A stretch of DNA of 64,000 bases from Dimorphilus gyrociliatus (Eukaryota; Animalia; Annelida), in assembly GCA_904063045.1 (NCBI GenBank), contig CAJFCJ010000023.1, forward strand, positions 558,001 to 622,000. Direction: 5' to 3'. The position numbers were made by a program, and so were the translations under genes. The notes beneath the pieces are model-generated. The model saw only the letters and a program-made list of their open reading frames with translations. It had not been told where the DNA came from and did not search any database. Positions 13,801-26,800 of this stretch are shown here, one piece after another (position 1 is the first letter of the stretch; each line of letters starts with the position of its first letter).

Positions 13801-16800
13801 TCAGTTAAATATTAGCAAATAGTCAACAAACATTTACTCTTCTGACTTGAACTGCTGCGTCACCTGCATAAATTAGCGTCTTTATAGAGAAAAAAAAGGG
13901 AAAACGCTGCCGGTTTCGATTTAACAAAATGCGTGATTTGCCTCAGGCTAAACATCTTCGATGAAAAAATTGAATAAAACGCGTCCAGCTGTAACGATTC
14001 TAATTAGACGCTGTTCGAGACGCTCTTAAGACGGTCGAGGGGCGTCTCTTTTGAGCAGACGAAAATAGTGGTTTAATTGCAGCACGATCGAATTTGTCTT
14101 GCTCGGATGTGTAATTAAATGTAGGGCAGATGAAAGCATCGAATTCGATTAAATGTTGTTATCACCTTGCAACGTTAACTAGGCGTACAGATGGCGTCTG
14201 CTTCATTGTTTTAGGTTTCGTGAAGAAGGTCGTAAAATACCGATACACGAAACTATAAAAGAATTTTAAAGAGACGAATTTAAAGTATTGAACAAATAGA
14301 AAAGAAAATGTGAAGGATTGAAAAGTCTATAAATCGAAAGATATTTATTAAAATATGCAAAAAGAGAAGAGTTTAAAGTATAAAATAGCATAGAACGGCA
14401 ATAAAAAATCTGTTCAAAGTTGTCTACCTGACCGACTGACTGACTGACTATATTTTCTCTTTTGTAGTTTTCTTTTTATTACTATTAAAACACAATGTTT
14501 GTAGTTGAACACAACACCTTTAAATTTACTCGAGCGTTACTCTTTTATTACACTAAAATACAAAGGTAGACGGTCGTAATAGTTGTGTTTAAGTAACGAA
14601 ATTAGCTTAATTCTCACTCTCTTTCTCGTTCCACTCTTTTTACTTAGAATACAAAAAAAATTTTTGCAATAGAAAGGGAGCTTTCAATGAAAAAATGGCA
14701 GCTGTTAATTTTCTATTCTATCCTACGGAAGATTAATTTTAGCTTATCTCATAAATTAATAGTTTTTGACAGGTAATTGATACATTATATAATTTTAATC
14801 AGAGTGGCAGGTTGCACTGTACAAAACTCATTAATATTCATAATCACTGAAACATTTACAGCAGGAATAATGATAGGATAAACTCGATTGAAATGTATTT
14901 TGAACAATTCAAACAAAGAAAGAGAGAGAGAGAGAGAGAGAGGAAGGGGGGAAGGAGCATTTAGTTTAATTGTTGTTTTTTTCGTCTCTTTCTTGAACGC
15001 TTGAATATTGTTATAATCGATTGAGAAAGATTTGCTAATTATAGATTAGAATATGCCAATATTAGGAGTTAATTCATCATTCGTATATCTTAAACAAGAA
15101 ACTACATGTGTGCATACGCGAAGAATAGTACCAGCAGTTTGTCTACTGCAAACATCTGCAAGTGGCATTTGTTATTGATCTTTGCCATAATTAATTGCCG
15201 CTAAAAGATGTTAATAAGCACGAAATCCTTGAACACTAAAAATGGCTTCGTTAATATTCATTAAAAAATTTATGGGCAACATAATTACGAAGCTTTGCGG
15301 CTTTGTACTGCTGTCATTTGCATGTTGGGTTTATTATTCAGCGAAACGCTCCGATAAACTGGTAAATGCTATATTCATGAACTTTTTTTTTCAAATAAGC
15401 AACTTTTAACCTATGCTGACAGATGAAAAGGAAATATAATAGCGCAGCAACTGGATGGTCTTATAACCACTAAACTTTTTTGCTTTTCTTTCTACTATCA
15501 AAAGACAAACACAGCAAACAAACATTCCCCGTTTAATGACTAATCAATTTACGCTAAGCGTAATGTTTAATAAAGCGAACTATCTTAAAAAGCAGTGACT
15601 AGGAGAAGAGACACAAAGAAGGAGAATGTCCGGAAGGAAGAATTCTATTATTGAAGACAACATCTTTCTAAGGTGTCAACCAAAGACAATTTTAGCTCAT
15701 TTCGCCTGATTAAAAATAGAGTTTTATGAAGGGAAATATATTTGATTGAATATCGCTGCGGGCAAATCAACAAAAGCTAATATCGTTTTAAAAATAGACG
15801 CACTTATTGCTATGTACAATGACCAATAGACGCCACTTGCTATATGCGGCAATTCATGTAAATACATGGAAGAGATTTATAAACCGTATGAAGATAAATA
15901 GAGTGATAGCAGATTCCCTAGAAAATTCGATTAGCATCTGTAATAGCAGCAGCAACTTTTGGACGTCCATATAAACTCAGCAGTAGCAATTATTTCATAA
16001 TGTCTGCAGCGTTGACACAATCTTGTTATTGCTATTTACAACACTAATACCTCAGTATGTAGTGGTTTGACGCCTTTATCGTGTACTTTACATTGTTATG
16101 ACGCCATAATTTAAATTCATAAACTTGTCAAAGCAGCACTCGATCGAAGCGTCTCTGTTTCGCTAGACGCCATATTCATATGTGCACACGCTCCGAGCGT
16201 CATTTGGACGTCTACGCGCAATAAAGACGCTGCAGACGACATTTCCGTAAGTTTTGTTGTTTGTTGATTGTAGAAGAAGTGCCTGCGAATGTAAGATACT
16301 ATTGAGATTAGAGATTGAGAGACGTCTTATCGTCGCCGCGAATCTTTATAGATAAGATAAAAGATCAAAGGCCACACACGCCGCCAGACCGCCTCAGTAC
16401 GCCCAGATGATTCTTATCAAGGCCTCTCTCTCTCTCTCTCTCTCTCATTCGTTCCTAGCTTTTCCGGCTCTGTTGTCTATAAACTAGTTAAGGGTGGAGA
16501 AAACAAAAGAAATCTCGATGGCAGAATATCGTAATTCGATGTTTCTGAATGGAATATAGACGTCTCTTTAGGGATGTTGTATACGGAGATGTTTGTTTAA
16601 AATTAAATATGTACGATATGAGTAAAGTCTAAATAGACAAGATATAGAAACTTTGATATATAGAGTTTTACAGTATAATATGAAAAATATAGTTTTATAA
16701 CGGAAAGATAAATAAACGAAGTGTTAAAGAACATAGAAAATAGAGCTTAGTAACCTTTCTTCATCTTCATATCTAGCTGTAAATCAAAATAAACTTAATA

Positions 16801-17021
16801 TGATAGAGTTAGGTTGTGATTGCTGCTCTACGATTCGTTAAGATTGTAAAGATATTTTCTAGTAACATGGTTTTTGTAAATGAAAAAAAGATGGAGAAGA
16901 GAGAGAGAGTGAGAGAGAGTGCGGAAATGGGGGTGAGGGGAGAAAGATAGAAAAAATATTTTTAATAAACTATAAATTATGAACAGCCGAATATTGAATA
17001 CGTTAGAAATATGGTCGTAAA

Positions 17022-17055
<34 letters not shown>

Positions 17056-17861
17056 CTCATTTTTACGATATTTTCTTATTTCTTTATCATTTTTATCAAT
17101 TTTATGTGTACATAAAAAAATTTATATGTCATATGTTTTTATCTGGTGCAGCTTTTAGCAGTTTATTCTCTCTTTTATTTCTTGTTTTTTTCAACTTTTT
17201 CTTCTTTTTCTTCCTTTCTACGATTTGTTTATAGTTATATTCCAACAAACTTGCAAAATATTCTAATAAACTACTACTATCTTCCTCTTTTTTTCTTTTC
17301 AGACAAGAAAAATGAAGATAATTGAGGTAAGACGAGCGGAAATTTCTTACTATTATAGATAATAAGCGTCTAGATCAGAAGGGACGCCCAAATTCAGCGT
17401 CCTTTTTCTCTAAATGTCATTTTCCTGTCCGTGTGACTCATCCGAGTCCTTCGACAGCGTGACGCCCGGTTAATTAGCATGGAATTCGGTAGGTGGCGTT
17501 GTTTATGACTAATTAGTCAACGCTCTTAACGGCGATTCGACGCTACTTTAATCAAGTCTAATGACTGTAGCGAGATAATAAGCGTAAGACGAGCTACGAT
17601 ATCCCGCTGCGACGTCAAGGTGACGCCGTGAGTCTGCAAGCCGTCTCTTTGTTCAACTTTTTTTTTGTAGACGACGCATATGCTGTGCGATTGTTTCTCT
17701 TATTTTCTGGCGAGGAGAGATGAATTATGCCTTTGTTCACTTGTTTACTGTCTACAGACAGTAAGATTGTATCTTTTGTGTTTATCAAGACTATCGATTG
17801 CTTCCTTTTAAAAAAAATTGATGTTCTCCCTTGTAATAATCAAAGGTAGTCGGGAAAAGGA

Positions 17862-17898
<37 letters not shown>

Positions 17899-20800
17899 CG
17901 GAGACAAAATTAGTAGGAGATACAGTCTACGAACGCACGAACGAACGAATGATAGATAAATAGAATGAATGAACGAATGAATGAATGATTGTGAATAGAA
18001 TGAATAGAAATGTGTATACGTCTCGTATATGTTCGAGCGATTTAGGAATGGAAAGTTAACAAGTTCCCTCTACCGTAAGATGGCGTTGATTGAATAGAAA
18101 AGCTTGAAGAGTGATTGAATGGGGAAAAAAAACGATTTTCAAATCGATGAAATCGTCAAATTCGCTCTTTTCGAAATTGTTCAAAAGCCGATAGGGGTAA
18201 TTGCGAAAAATTGCTTTTCCGGCTCTATGAATGACGTTTCCGCGACTTTCGTCGAAATTATCGAACGCGTGAAAATTTCTTTTCGAAACAGCAAATATTT
18301 TTGTTTAATTTGTAGGAAGAAAGAGTTTCTTGTGCCGGTCTTCGAATAATAAGACAATTCGATTGTGAATATTTAAGAGATTAGCGTTTTGTCCCTATCG
18401 ATCAAACGTATTGGTCTTGAACAGGCAAAGTTTGTAAAGGAAATATTATGGTGAGCTGGGAAAAATAAAGGAAGGAAAATACCCATTTTATAGCCCTCTA
18501 ACTCACATACGATTCTAAATAACTAAAGCATATGATGACAGGAACCCCTACGTTGCTTAAAATCTGTTTTACAGGCTCGTAAAGTCAGTTTTCTTGCCGC
18601 GTGTATGCTGACCAGCAGTCATTCTAATCGTAATTAATTTTTTGAGTAATGGCTTTATAATTCAACTGATTCGCTTAATTTCGATTAAATATAATAAAGC
18701 CCATTAAGAGTTGTATCTTTGAATTTATCACAACAATAATTTCAATATACCAATTCACACGTTCAAATTCATATTGAAATGTCATGGATATTATTTATAG
18801 ATAATAATACCAGCATAATATGAAAATGTGAGGGAGAATGAATTAAATATGCTAATCTATTACCATTCTAATTGTAACTTTATGCATTTTTACGTTCAAT
18901 TCTTCAACTCTGAAAACGGCCAAGGTGCAAAAATCATTAAAAGGTAAAATGAGAGGAAAGTTTTCTCTTTACCTCAAATATTTGTTTGTAAATCTTTATT
19001 TAGTTGGTTAATTAATTAATTAGTTAATTACTTTTATTAGGCAAGTTTTATTAGGGAAGAAGAGTAAATTGCCTTCTTCTTCTTCGTCTCTAAGAACGAT
19101 TGTGATCTTTTGCAGTAGCAAATGAAACGGCAGTAATTTTCTAAGAAGACGATTCATTTAATCCTTCATTTCTTGAATAATTACAAGATAATTGCAGTAC
19201 AGTTTCTTTATAATCAACCAATTTCTGAATAATAATTAAACTCTTTTCATAATTCCTTTCGCACTTTTAACGGATCATATATCAAAAGATTTGTTTAGTT
19301 ACTCGACTAAGTTAATAAGACGAGATAATGGCCAAACAACGAACAGAATTTCGCTTAGTGATTCTTTTACGTAAGTCGGAATGCCCATTAGCGCATTCCA
19401 TAATTGTTAAAAAGTATCTTTTACCAATGGCTAAGTAATGTTGCGAAAGAGTAAACGAGGCCTAGTTAAACAACAACCATAATTAGCTAGGAGACGTTTG
19501 CTAAATAGAGGAGAAAGATTGGTTTTCTGTCACTTTTAATTGATCAACTCTACTATTTGATTTAATTACATAAATAATTTACTTTTATTACACGAGTCAA
19601 AGATTAATGAAAGGTGAGGTATTTTGTTGAAAAAAGACATCGAGTATATGGGTCTTTGCATGTGAAAAGAGTCGGGGAGGGGTGGGGGAGGGGAGAGAGG
19701 TAGGGTAAATTAAGAGAACGAGAGAAAGAAAACCGTCTCGCCAACTACTCATAAACTAAATTCATAGAGCAATAAAAAAGAGAGAAGAAGAGAAGAAGAG
19801 AAGATTTTGAGAAGAATAGAGGTGGACAGGTTAATCGTAAAAATTTGCAATTAATTGCGATATATAGACTTATTCGATTGAAGAAAAGAGAATAATTTAA
19901 TAAACAATAATGAAAAGATTAGGGTTATGTCGCTATTAATAAATCATTACGGACTTCCGCTTTAATTTACATTCTTTTGTGAAAACAATTCAAAAGCAAT
20001 GTAAAGTTCAGTTGGCAAACAAACAAGAATAAGCCAGGTGGAGGCCAACTGACCTTTTAGACGGTCGGTTAGAAGAAAAATACTCTTTTTCGCATATTTT
20101 TCTAATCTAATCGCATTTATTTATTTTTTTATATTATTTATTTACCGTTTATTTATCGTTTGATAAAAAACTTTTTTAAAAATTTGATTTACGGCGTCGT
20201 AACAATAATTCATTGTTTGTATAAAAAATACATTCGAGAATGAGAATGTAGCTAATACAATAACAGATGTTCAAAGTAACACGCGCCATCTAGTAGGCGG
20301 TTAACTCTTTAATGCCGCATTTCGTACTCGTGCTTCGTACGGCATACTCGATAAAGAAAGAAAGAAATAAAGAGATTGGCGGAGAAAGAAAACGTTATTT
20401 ATTCCCTTCATTTGTCTTTAACGGATTTTCTATACGAGCTAGAAGACCATTTAGCAACTGGGAAGAGCCGTTCTAGAGGAGATTCTTACCTAAGGAAATA
20501 CGCACACAATGCAAAGACGTTCTTTTCGGACGTCCAGTTAAATGGATTTCGTCCTACTTAAGGTGAGCTGAAGATAATTGATAGCTTAATCAGTGCAGGT
20601 GTTTTCTCTCCGATTTGATTTAATTAGTTAGAACGATGTACAGGTGGTTTCCTTCCCTGATCTTTTTCATATTTATAAAAATATTCTTTATTTTCTTTCA
20701 TACGTTATTTATTTAATAATGAGAAATTTATTCGGCCGATTGTCAACATTCAATTAGTAATCCATCTGCTTTGACTTTTGTACGTAGTACTTTTCCTTCA

Positions 20801-23800
20801 AACTCAATATACAGGAAAATTTTTCTCTTTTCTTCTTTCTATTCCTTCTTCCCCTATCAATCATATTGTCCTTGAAAGATTCAAATTAACGTTACGTCTA
20901 ATTAATCTGTTATGATACTGCATGATAGATTTCCCTGCTACGTAATTTTTTTCCATCATCTTAGAGATCGTTTCAAGTTTGGCACGTAATTAACAAAGGC
21001 AAGGTATTAGAGTCGCTCCCTTATGGGGCGCTTACTTAGAAGGTGTTGAGTTTGCTCTTCAACATTTCTGACAATATCCCTATTTGCCACTCTGACTATT
21101 CTGAAATAAGGAATAGAGAGAGAGAGAGAGAGAGTACAACAGTAGGTAGTTTGCAATTTAATATCTAGCAATAAGAAAGAGAAAAAAGAAAGTTTTCTAT
21201 TTCTGTATGCAAATGAAACAAATGTTAAAAGATGTGGGAGATTTTACTAGAAATGAGGCCTAAGTTTACTAATTAATAAGAAAGAAAGCATGTTATAGGA
21301 GAAGCCAACGAATGTAATGCTTATACATACATGTAATATATCCACAGTATATGCATAGTATATACTGTAATATAGTATATAGACTGCAGATATATCTGAA
21401 TATTATTGTACACCGTACATGTGTATAGGCGTATATACAGTATATATGTATATACATATACGTATTATTACTAATTTTTTACTTATGCATCTATATATGA
21501 CTGCTGCATATATACATGTTAATTGATGCATTGAGCGAGTAGATGAATTTATAAAATATATAAACTATACACAATATATAAACTGAATATGGACGTTTAA
21601 ACGCTATATTATTCATCTTAATTACTGTATGATGGAATTATAAAATAAATCATACTATACAAAAAATTACTGGCATAACTGTAAGAAAATTTGGAGAAAA
21701 CTGCGGGTTTTCATAGATTAAGCAACGATACTAATTATTTTGGCTTTGTTTCATATAATCCGTTATGGAGAAGGAAATACAAGTATCGAGAATATCGATT
21801 CTTATTTCCTTTTAATACCATTTGGTATCTTACCGGAGAATAAAAACTAAATGTTTACCTGTACAAATAACTTTCTTCTCTTAATCTAGTTATGATTTTT
21901 ATCACTTGTTGTCATTGTTATACTTATTTATTGCTTTAAATTACTTTTAAACTATAGCTGTTTAGCTATTTGACCTTTATTGCTTGCATAAAAAAATGGA
22001 GATGTAGTTAGTCGGTGTATAGGGAGAAAGATATTCACATCTTTCTTTCTCTTTCACTCACTCATTCACGCAAACGCAAACACATACATACACACGCACA
22101 CGCACGTTCTCCTTCTCTCTCTCTCTCTCTCTCTCTCTCTATTTCTCCTTCCTTGTTCTTAAACTTTGATTTCAATTGAACTGGATCGAACTTCAATAAG
22201 AGTATTCTTCATTTGCATAATTACGCCATAATTACCTACTGGCACCTGTCTTCTACGGGAATGTCAAAAGTTGCACTCTTTTTTAGCACTTTTCTAATCT
22301 AATGCAGATGGTGCACCTGATTTTTCACCGGCCGCTGCAGAGTGGGTTCGTTTTGCAGATTTTTGCAGCGCGGCCAACGGCGCTATATCGCTTTCAGGCT
22401 TCGCTGATAATATTTACGTTCGGCCGACGCTCAGCGAACAAAGAGGCTACCGATATTCATATAGTTCTTTGCTTTTGTATAATAAAACTGCAGGAGGCGT
22501 ATTTAGCAATCATTCTTGTTCGTTAATAAGTCGAGAGAACAAAGAAAATCACTGTTGTAAAAAAAAAAACAGTTGATTTCATCAGTAGAACATTCAAATA
22601 TACTATAATGGCAAGTAATTTCCATGCAATTCTAAGAAGGTATATTTAACGAAACCCAATTTTATCTTAAACCGGAAACGTCGCCCTAATGAATTCCTTC
22701 TGAAAGCAGCCCCGAATGAAATGGCTATTTTCGGTGGACTGCAGACATGAAAGAAGCCTGGTGACAGTCGAGAGTATAGAATTGTGGTCATAACAATTCT
22801 ATCTGTCTTGTAGATCTTGATGGGTTCGTTATAGATGATTAAGAAGTTTCGTGCGCATACGCCTTCCATTCAGTACAGGAAAGGAATGATTTCAATAGAG
22901 TTTAGTCGTTGATAGACAATACATTCTATTCATTCATTAGAGGCATTCCTGTTATTTTTTCGAGAGGAAAGGAATGTGTTTTACAACATTTTCGTCCTCT
23001 TTTAATTTCATTTAAGCGATTTTTTATGTTCTTTTGTATCCTAATTGGTTTTCTTTTTGTATATTATAAATTTTTTTTTTTTAAAAAGAAACATGACCAT
23101 TATAAAAACTTTCCCTCCGGCTGAATTTGATCCGTTCGTTCAAGTATGGCAACCTGACAAGCAGTCATTTTATTCTAAAGGATCAAATTATTCTTTCCTT
23201 TCAATTTTTCCACTGCTATTTCAAGGTCAACCAATGTTTTTCTTTACCCGTAAAAGGAGAGTTTTTCTACCACCTTCAACCTGGTGAAGCGTCTTTCATA
23301 GTCATTATGAATAGTTTACCTTTAGGAGGCCGAGTCGAAAAAGAAAAAGGAGAACCGCTCTTCTCTTTATTTCTTTCAACTCATTTATACGCATGGTATG
23401 GGATTTGTTTCCTTTTGAAATCGTCTAATAGACGACAGACAATACCGTATTTAACAGGTTGACAAGATTAGTAAAACTCCAACAGAGATACCGGAAGTAG
23501 TAGTTTAGTTAAAAAAGAATTTTCCCACACTTTTAAAGAGAGAAAAAATCTGTAGAGAATTGTTTATAAAAAATACGAGAGAGTTGTAAGTAAAGTGTAC
23601 AAAAAATAGACTTGTAAAGTGTAAAAACTGTCAAATCTGACAGGCGAAGAAAGAAAAAACAAAGTTAAATTGGTGAGAACCTAATAAATGTCAACCTTTT
23701 TCAAGGTTAATTGGTGAATAAGTTAAAAAAAACCTTATCCAATGCTAATAATAGCACAGGTAAGCAACTGGCAATTTCTCTTAGAGTATAGCGAACGTTC

Positions 23801-26800
23801 GATATGTGTGCATAGACTTATACCCTTCCCGTCTTTTTTTCATGTACACAGGCAGGAAGGAACTGAGTATTTTATAGGCCTATAAGTTTATTGAAGAGCT
23901 ATGTTTGCCAGCGTATCTGAGGGGAGAAAAGGCTTCCTAAGTCTATTTATAAATTGACAAATGTATAGTATATATATATATATATATATGGGTATTATCA
24001 TATATTAGTCTACTGTATGTAGTACAGCGGTTAGTTGTAATTAAGAATAATCTTTATTCTGTAGATTCTCATGTTCAAATGCAAAGAATTCTCACCTAGT
24101 TTGTTCTCTACATTCTTCTTCTGGCCTATCTGCTACTATCTGTCAGCTTTCATTTACCAAATTGAGATATTCTAGTAGAGTTGTACGAAATACCTTGACG
24201 TTGTTGTTGTTATGTTGTTTTTTTATTTTTTTTTCTCATTGTAAACCAATCGAATTGGACTCTTCCTGAAATCTTATAGACCTATTACTATTAGACCCCA
24301 CTCGCGTCTTATCGAATAGCCATTGGCATATTTTTCTCCAGCTATTTTAAAAACAATTTTCGCATTATCTACGCCAGCTGTTTATGCAAATGAGACGATT
24401 TTCGAGCGGCATTTCTACAATGCAAGAAACGTTTAGAAAACTCAACTCCCCCTCTTTCTATTATACTGACCAAAGGTCAATCGTATACCCTCGAGCCCCT
24501 AACCTGTTCTATTATTTGGGCCAGTAATTTTCCTCGTTTATATTTTCTCTCCCCTTTTTCAATCTAAATTTAGAACCTAAATAGACTAGGATCAAGAAAA
24601 ATTTCAAGTAGTCGTTCTAAACTTGAAATTCGACACTTGGATTGTTGTTTGCAGGACGGATTTTTTGCGTTCTGTTTCTCCGTTTTGTTTACAAGCCGGC
24701 GTATTTAAAAGCGAATAAATAAGAGAAAAAAACCTTTTCAGATAAGACTTAATCTCCGCTCTTATCGGTTTTTAGGCATTGTTTATTCGGCCATCGAACA
24801 ACAAGGCTATTTTTTTTTAGGTTTTCACGCAGCTTTTTTTATTTCCAACTAAATCATTTTATTTCAATTTAAAATTTTATATATATATACAGTATATACT
24901 GTATATTGCTTTTTGTCACGTGATCATGGATTTACCATTAAGTGTCAGACTTTAGTTATTTATTTTTCAAGTCCTCTTTTTGTGACTTATTGAAGAAGTA
25001 ATTTATTTATCGATATTTAAAGAAAGATTAAAAAGCTCGTCGATTTGAGATTATCAGATTTACGTCAATGCGACAGATGATCCATCCACTTGAACACTTT
25101 GAAATGTCTTTGATATCGTTTCCTATTGGCAGCATCGATTAAGGAGAGGAGAGGGGGGGGGGACGGTGGAGAAGGGGATAAGAGGAAATATTATACAACC
25201 GATTAATGGTTATACAGTATAAGATGGATAGATCAGAGAATAATTTAAGATTAAAAGGGAAGAAAATGAGAAAAGTTCAAGAAGACTAAAGCAGCTTATG
25301 CAGAAGAGTATCGATAACTTGGGCGAATGAGTAGATTTCGTGCTTTTATAATTGTTCGCAGTCATGAAAAGAATTAGCCAACAGTTTTTTACTTAAGTTG
25401 TCGAAAATCATTTTACTGTATCGGAGCATAAACATTAATGCCTCTCACCCCTAGGCTTTAATAAACACTTTCACTCAATATCCTTCAATAAAGAGGCTTA
25501 AAGCGTGAACTAATAAATAATAGGCCTAAATAATATAACAGGCGGAGAATTTTTTTAGTAGGGTATGATTTACGACTTTTGCAGTCCGCAGAGGGGGGCC
25601 GAAAAGGAGGAGGGTAAAGGGAATAAGGCAAGGGTCTGGAGAACTCGAAGCTAAACAGAGACACATTTAGAGACAGAGAGAAAAAGAAAAAGAGTGCGGG
25701 AGGGAGCGAACGAGGGGGATGTGTTTGTATGGCTAGGGGGGTAGGAGGGGGGGTTTTAGCATTATTGTAATTAATTATATAGGGCGAAGAAAAATGGCGG
25801 CTTTTACCAATATCGTTTTATCAGTGTTACTATGGTAGCAATCTCCGGTATTTCGCGCAGTAGAATGTTTGGAGCTCATCAACGTCGACTTTCCGATTGA
25901 TAGATGAGACGGAAGATGCGATTGGCTTGTATAGAAACGTTGCCTTCGTGCTCATGCCTTTTTATGATCACGAGTAGAATTTAATTGCTCCGTCATAATT
26001 TATTTAGTAAAACTTTCTTATTTTGTTTTTGATGGATTATTTCTTATAAAATAAGAAAAATTCCCCTTTCTTTTCTCCATTTCTTTACGTAATGAGAGCA
26101 TTTTATTGCGGGAAAGCCAATCTTTATATCAGATTATATCCGATAAAAAAATTTGGTTCTTCCTTTGGAATTAGCTAGAAGTCTTGTATTCATCGTGTTA
26201 CAGGTTGAAAGCCGTCGGTAAAGATTCTTTAGCCTTCCTCTTTTAGTTTTAAATTTCAAAATAGTTTTGGTTAGACCAGATGGTTTTTGTACTAAGTGGA
26301 TTAAAGACTTGTTATTTGTGTTTCCCACCCATAATAATAGCGCAATCTAAATGTGCGAATTGGAAATATTTCCTTCCGCAAATACCTTACTTTCGCCACA
26401 ATATGTACAATAAAGAAAAGATTAAAATGAATTATGATGCCTTTTCCTTCTCTTTACTCACTCCATCAAACAACACTACCATACGCAATGAGAAGAATAT
26501 AAAAGTTTTGTTTTTTGCAGTTTTCTTGCAAGTCTGTATTTTTTTAAGTGCGGCTATTTAATCCTCTTATATGAATCTAATGTTTCATCTGTAAATAATT
26601 GAATGGTATCGGACTTCTTAATTTGTACCTAGTAATAGTTTGTTGAAGAGTATTTCAAATAGAAAGAATAAGATAGAGAATTAAAGAACTAACTAAATAC
26701 TGTATAATGGTAATTATTCTAAACAACATACTTGTATTCTTATCGGAATAATCTATACAACTCAACTACGCTATACAAATGTCCAAAATCAATCTTCATA

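Noticed and set aside
19328-19370. ATG-to-GTAAGT segment [14 protein letters not shown] as an alternative first exon
   Set aside because: It ends in phase 1, which is incompatible with the phase-0 VNG exon.
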